A DNA stretch of 64,000 nucleotides from Lama glama (lineage: Eukaryota), in the NCBI GenBank assembly GCA_028534125.1, contig CM052817.1:71302001-71366000 (forward strand), read 5' to 3'. Positions 56,991-64,000 of the stretch are shown here, piece by piece. The notes below the pieces were generated by a model. It saw only the letters and a list, made by a program, of their open reading frames with translations. It had not been told where the DNA came from and did not search any database. Each line of letters opens with the position of its first letter. Position 1 is the stretch's first letter. Both the position numbers and the translations under genes were made by a program.

Positions 56991-59084
56991 CTTCTAGTCT
57001 TTGTGGGAAAGATGAACAGTAACTAGCCCTTTGGTGGTTTGGAATCCTGGGCTAAGGCTTTGTCTGGGCTCAGCAGGAAAGAACACTGGACTCATGTAGC
57101 CTCTCCTGCTATCAGGGAATGCAGTGGAGATGGGGATGCTGACAATGGGAATGGAGGCCTTGGGTTTCCATCTTTGTGCTGTGGGCACGAAGTAAGAAAT
57201 GGGTGTGAAATAAGGAAAGACTGAGTGGGCCTGAGGGGCTCTTCTGAGTGTGAAAAGCATTTATTTTAACTGCTCAGAAGCTGTCAATCTGTTTCCTTTC
57301 TGATTCTTAGGGAAGTTTAGATGGATGAGGATACCAAGTAGCTGAATTCTGGCCAAGTAATTTGTTTTTACTTTAATTAGGAATTCCAATAGCACAAAAT
57401 AACCATTCTTGTAGTTCCTTCCTTCTTATTTTCTATTAATGAAGAATAAGCTTCTATATTATACAGTTTAGGAAGTTTTTTGAGGGAATCATCTCCCTCA
57501 AAAACTTCAGGGAACTCACTAATTGAAAAAGGCAATAAATAAATAAAACAAAAATTAAGGGCATTTACGAAAAAATGTCATATATTTATACACAATTTTA
57601 TATATAGATACAGTTATATATATATATATGTTATCACGTATAATAAAATATATATTTTCTATAAAAACCCATAGTTATATATATGTAAGTATACATATAT
57701 ACACGAACACATACACACATATTTACATATATATATTAAAGAGATGGAGGTCTATCATTGAAGACCTGAGCTTGAGTCCCAGTCCTAATACCCCTTATTA
57801 CCTAAATTTGAATCCTTAAGATACTACTTCCTAATCTGTAAAATGGAAGACAATAATTACTCTGCATAGCTCAAGGGCTTGTTATGAAAATTACATGCAA
57901 TAATGTAAGTGCTTTATAAAATGTTATTCAAATTGTTTAACTATCAGGGGTGCTAAATATTTAGTTACAAGAATGATTAAAGTGAATGAGTTCAAATGGA
58001 AGAGGTGAGAAAGGCTTTGATGATGAGGTGAGTCTTACCCTGAATTTGAGGTAGGAAAAAAGGTATGATCCTCGGAAAGAAGCAGGCTAGGGAACCCCAT
58101 GTGCATTGTTTCGGAACTGGGCTGGGGTAAAATCTATAGTTTGCTTGGCTGTAGCAGAGCTCATGAGAGCTTGTGTATTGGGCAGTTATTGAGGGCACAG
58201 TTGGTGGTGGACATTAAACTCCATGATTAGGAGCTTTAATTTGACCTCAAAGGTAATTAAGCCTCACTGCTGGGCTCTGGGAAGGGGTGTTATCTGAGGT
58301 CAGCAGCAGCATTCTGAGTGCTGGCTTCAGCCTAATTTGAAGCTAAAGAACAGCAGAAGATTAAGGGGATTAAACAAAAATATAGCCCTCAATCCTCTAT
58401 GTTTCACCACTTCCTAAAATGACCTTTTAAGTGTTTAGTGTTTGAATTCAGGTCACATTATCAGCATAACCACTCAGAGAATAGTGATTGCTTTCTTGCC
58501 TATGTTCATCATTGAACAGTAATGTATGTTGTTAATGAGTATTATTAAAACCATCAGCAGTGTGGTATAGTGGAAAGAGGACTGACCAACTGTTTGAGTT
58601 CTAACTCTGAGGTTGACCGGATTTTCAAGGAGAAACCAAATAAAGGTGTTAAATAGCAGGTTTCATGATGACAGGTCTTTGTGTGTGTATTCCAGATGTT
58701 TGTAGCACACCTGTGTTGTAAAAGGCACAATGTCTGGTGCTATTGGGACTAAAAGTGTGAATGGGATACAGGCCTTATTCTCAAAAGCTTATTGACTAGT
58801 GAAAAAGAGATGCATATATATCTAATTGTGATGATGATGGTGATGGTGATGATAAGAACACACAAAAGAACAGGTACGAGGTAGTAGAAAAATACAAAAA
58901 AAAAGAAAAAAGAGAGGGAGAGATAAGTAATACTGCATCTAGGTGAAGAGCAGAGCAATTCCTGTACCCTAGACACTACTTGCTGTCTTCATGAGTCAGT
59001 TTGAATCTCCATTAATTCAGGTTCAAAAATCTTTAGAGGTATGAACTTAGAGGAATTTACCAAACATCTGATTCTGTATAGAAC

Positions 59085-59123
<39 letters not shown>

Positions 59124-59125
59124 TA
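59085..59125 (+). repeat. (CAT)n microsatellite
   Basis: Read directly from the sequence. Confidence 0.95.
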
Positions 59126-59393
59126 TTATTTTTGATGTGAGAGGTCTCAGAGAATATCTACTTCGACCCTTTTATTTCTTGGAAACTGAGGTCAAAGAGA
59201 TAAAGTGATTTCATGTAAAAGGCAGACCCAAGACAGAACTCAGTTTCCCAATTTTTAATGCAGTGGTCAGTCATCTATCTTTCTGGGTTTGGAAAGATTT
59301 TTAAAAGGGATACTTACAGCAAGCATAATCCCTCAATTTTTGGGTTACCTCAAGAAAGTGGTAGCACTTTGGTGCTATTAAAAGACCAAATCA

Positions 59394-59507
59394 TATGGTA
59401 AAAAAGAATATGAAAATGAATATATGTATGTTCATGTATGACTGAAGCATTATGCAGTACACCAGCAATTGACACAACATTGTAAACTGACAATACTTCA
59501 ATTAAAA
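59394..59507 (+). mobile_element. Short L1 3' end with TSD
   Basis: 14-bp TSD aaaagaccaaatca at 59380-59393 and 59508-59521. Confidence 0.9.
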
Positions 59508-61364
59508 AAAAGACCAAATCAGACATTTCTGAATTTTTGTTGTTCATTTGAAAACATTATAAAAATTACAGTTAAAACAATAATATGCTCTTTTGTTAGA
59601 AGTTTGCAGTAAATGCATTTTGTCTCCAATACATTTTCAAGTTCCTAACTTTAGATACTTACTTAAATATTTAAGGTCATCTCACTTTTAATTTTCTTAA
59701 TTATAAAATTTTGATATGTGAAGCATGTAGGAACATGAGAAACAATGTAACTAAACATGTGCAATTGGCATAAAAACTGTGGACAAGAAACAAAACTTTT
59801 GGAATCAATATCCAAAAATTATCCAGTGCAAATCTTAACTGAGTTAGCAGGTAATATTGTGATGATATTAAATAATTGGCAAGATTGACTGTGCATTAAT
59901 TCTGTCAAGAGATCTGAATAAACAAGTTTAAAATAACTAAGGAACTAATACAGACTAGCGAAAAGGAGGTATTTGTAACTGAGATGAAAGTGGGCTGTTC
60001 CTTTAGTACCTTAGGCCAATGTTTCTCCAAGTGTGGTGGGAAGATTCCCAGTATCAGAATCATTCCAGATTCTGGTAAAAAATGAGCCTTTCCCTTGATT
60101 TCTCAAATCAGAATCTCTAGAGGGTAAAATGCCCCCCAAGTGGTCTCGATGTATATTAGGAGGTTCATTTTCAAGGGTGTAAGAATATGTTTCTACTGTG
60201 TGATGCTGTTATTGGTCAAGAAAAGAGCCGAATGACTTGAAATAGAAGGAAACGGGTAGAGTCAGAGTGGGGAGATAAACAGAGACCAGAGAAAGGAACC
60301 TACATGGAGAATGGTCTCAGCCTCTCGCACTGCTGTGCTCAGGCTCTTGCTGGCTTGTTTCCTGTGCCTTTCACAGCTCGGCCGTATTTCAGCCATCCTT
60401 CTCCTAGGACCATGGCTCTTCCCATGATACTCACAGGCTCTCACTGATCTTAGCTCTGCCAGGGCTCTGGGTCCTTGACCCCAGACTTCTTCCCTTGCTA
60501 TCACCTATTACCAGAACTCTGGCCTGCATCTCCATGCATCTTGAGATCTGCCCTCAGACTCAAGCTTATCTCTATTTCCCAGAGCATTTTACAAAGTCAT
60601 TGTTAAAATTGGCAAAAAATAAGAAGGAGCAAAATTTGAACAGGGATATACGTACTACTGGTTTAGCCCTTGACTCTGGCTCTGAAAATCCAAGGTACCA
60701 AGTTGGCCATTTGTTGTTCAATGTATCTGGCTAATTTAACCTCAGCACGTACCTTACCGAGCAGATCTTACTCTTCACCCTGGAATGCTGGCAGCAATAA
60801 ACTCAGAAATCTGGGGGTAAGACCTATGGCAATGTTATATATTGTCTGAAAGATATTTGTTCTTTACATGAGACCCTAAAAACAGATACAGTTCTGACTT
60901 ACAAATATTATACTTAAAAGATGTTCCTAGTTTTGCAGCTTTTTTATTTTGCTTCTTAAATAGATATTTCATTTTCAGCATTTCTGTTTATGTGCCTTAT
61001 CTATTCTTTAAATAAATACACACACACACATACATACATACATACATACTTTTAATAAAACTAGATCAAAAAGAAAAAGCTAGTAAGTTGTGCTTAGTAT
61101 TTGTAGGATACTAATGCCATACCCAAGGAATGGCGTTTCTGGCTAATTAGGATGTCCTATCCTGAAAGATATTGTAGGAGAAATACAATTAGAGAAATAA
61201 GTGGGCTTCAGAAAGCTGAGTAAGCTGGGCTAATGTTTGACCCTAGAGCAGTGCCACCACTGTGAGACAACACACCTGTGGATGTCACAGGGAGATTAGA
61301 GTTCTTAAGAATCATGAAAGAAACATGCATTGTCATTGTCAAAACACACCTCCACTCCAAATGA

Positions 61365-61592
<228 letters not shown>

Positions 61593-61689
61593 TAAAGCCA
61601 ATGTCAAGTTTCTCCCTTTGGTTCCCCCAGAAAGGCAATTTTATTTTTCCCCAATTTTAAAGACTTTGTAATACTTTCAGGTCTCCTTT

Positions 61690-61737
61690 TATTAAATTTT
61701 ATGTTTTATTGAAGTATAGTCGATTTATAATGTTGTA
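61690..61737 (-). mobile_element. Extremely truncated (~48 bp) L1 3' end with TSD
   Basis: ttttattgaagtatagtcgatttataatgttgt flanked by 14-bp TSD ttcaggtctccttt at 61676-61689 and 61738-61751. Confidence 0.85.
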
Positions 61738-62606
61738 TTCAGGTCTCCTTTGTATCTTGTGTTGCTAGATCATATACTTTCTAAGGCTGCTCAGGGATTG
61801 ATATAAGGAAGGAATTCTCTGAGTGGACTCCGTGGACCTCTGTGGGTTTGACTGTGTACAGAATGTCAGTATTTTCAAATTTTTTAGGGGAGTAGTTCCA
61901 TAGCTCTCATAAGATCCTCAAAGAGTGTGTGACTCCTGCATCTCATTACATAACCATCTGGTAGGAATCTTAAGAAACTGGGCACCAGGGCTGGTTATCT
62001 TGGGCTCCTCCTATTTGGAGACTCCAGGCCCAATGTAATGACCCAAGGAGAAATGCCGTGTCCTTTCTCCTGGGAGGTCCAGTGAGTTACTGATGAATCT
62101 AATGGCTGCAGCATACATTCAGTGGAACTAGTTGGAGCAAGATTTCAGGTAAACCTGGCATTGGCCTGTTCATTGTAGTCCCTGCTTACATGGGACTAGT
62201 GGGCGAGAGCCATAGCTTAGAACAGTGACCCGGAAGGCTGGGGTTTAGCAAAAGTAAAACTACTAGGGAATGTCCCCACATTCAAGTGAAGGGCCCCTGT
62301 CAGCACTGAGAAGGCTGAAGAGCAGAGCAGGGGATGTCCCATTCCTGTCAAGAACTTCCTAGAGTCCTTGGCTTAAATGGCTGTATCTTTTCGGGGGAAT
62401 TAGTACTTTTTTATCCCAAGGGTAATTCTAATATGAAAATCTGTATTTGAAAGTATGAACAGTGACAGTGTAAACCGTGGTTTTCATGATAATTGAACTG
62501 ACCTCTTTCACCCATTGTTAGAGTAACAAAAACAGCCTTGCCATGGTCGGTCAGTTACAGCAGATACAAGTGTGAGGTGCCCTACTTTTTGCTGATTTAT
62601 TACTGA

Positions 62607-62816
<210 letters not shown>

Positions 62817-63049
62817 TGATTTCCTTCATTTTCACTGATGTTTCTAAGGTGGCCACAGTCTGGGTTGGTGGTCTTTGATCAACAGTATGCATCAAAATTA
62901 CCTCAGAGTTTTATTTTGTTTTGCTTTTTAAAACATGAATGACTGGGCTCTACCCTACCTGTTAAATCAAAACCTCCAAGGTTAGGAAATAAGCATGCAT
63001 TTATATATTTTACTGTTTGTTTATCCATATTTTATTATATTTCATTATA

Positions 63050-63590
63050 TATCTCTGAAAGATAAGCACGTAAGAAACATAACTGTGATACATTATTATA
63101 TCTAAAAAACTAGCTGTAATTCCCTAGTACCATGAAATACCCAGCCAGTTTTCAGGTATAACCACAATACCATTATCACAACTTAAAAAGTTAACAGTAT
63201 TCCTAATAACAGCAAACACTAGTCAGTATTCGAATTATTAAAAAAATATTTAACAGTTGATATGTTTGGCTAAGTATCCAAACAAGCTCCATGTGTTGTA
63301 TCTCCTTGATACCTCTCTCTTTTATCCTACGGATTTACTCTCCTCTTTTTTTCCCCTTGCAACTTTTACAGAAGAAACTATATTTTTCCTGCAGTTTCTC
63401 ACACTCTGGATTTAACACACCTAAATGTCCCTGTCCTTCTGCAAACTTGTAGTTAGATCTAAAGCCTTGATCAGATTCAACTTTGAAATTCTGTCAATAA
63501 TACTTCATAGGTGTGTTTATTCTTCCATCAGGAGACACATAACATCTGGTGGTTTCTCTTTCTGTCATCCGTTATAAAGTTCCCAATGGT
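63050..63590 (-). mobile_element. Old L1M 3' fragment after EGF exon 7
   Basis: ataaccacaataccattatcaca, tctcacactctggattt, gttagatctaaagccttgatcagattca, ccatcaggagacacat. Confidence 0.6.
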
Positions 63591-63710
63591 CCTTCTTTTT
63601 CATTCTCTGTTTTAAGACAGTTTTACTGAGGAAAAAATACGCATGATTTACTTTTCACCAGTCCTTTCTGGCATTCTTCTAACGATATTAGAATCACCTG
63701 GGCCAGTAAT

Positions 63711-64000
63711 AGCCAGCGTGCATGTTACCGACCGTCCTGCATCCATCCCAGCAAGGGTCCTCCTGCCCGGCGTCCCTCGGGCCAATAGTAGGAGACCAAG
63801 TTCTGCGCAGAGGCAAAGGGAAGATATTTTTTGATTTAGGAATAAAGAAGCGCCAGCATATGCTCTCTCCGAAAGGCGCCAACGGGGCTGCCTTACACGG
63901 ATCTCTTCAGCTCGGGAGGGGCGGAGTTCTCGCGAGACCAGGCGCAGCTGCGCCTCTCAGCTCCAGATCACAGCGCAGGCAGAGCGTCTCCGCAAACGCC
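63711..64000. promoter_or_regulatory. Edge of a CpG-rich promoter-like element (CCAAT, GC box, TCTCGCGAGA)
   Basis: About 22 CpGs in 290 bp by manual count; CCAAT 63782-63786; GGGGCGGAG 63918-63926; TCTCGCGAGA 63928-63937. Runs off the window end. Confidence 0.65.

Overview
Mammalian genomic DNA. The abundant tRNA-derived SINEs resemble the camelid Vic-1 family, so the species is probably alpaca, llama or camel. The window holds the 3' end of LRIT3 (+ strand: end of the penultimate exon at 1-115, last coding exon 1698-2821). It continues through a ~27 kb repeat-rich intergenic region to the promoter and exons 1-7 of EGF (pro-epidermal growth factor, + strand; 1189 nt of spliced, open CDS). 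The rest is mostly transposon relics: L1, CR1/L3, MIR/L2, SINEs, solo LTRs and hAT/Tigger elements. The most notable observations are: (1) a frameshift that truncates the LRIT3 C-terminus, with the ancestral tail still readable in another frame; (2) a CpG-rich housekeeping-type promoter signature (CCAAT, GC box, TCTCGCGAGA) after EGF exon 7, with no exon 8 visible; (3) loss of two cysteines and a glycosylation sequon in pro-EGF; (4) a candidate antisense terminal exon between the genes that may be a CDHR1-like relic (speculative); (5) EGF exon 5 bracketed by twin solo LTRs and by inverted SINEs. Comparisons with human and pig proteins are from memory and repeat family names are by eye; no searches were run. 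I found no clearly new biological system.
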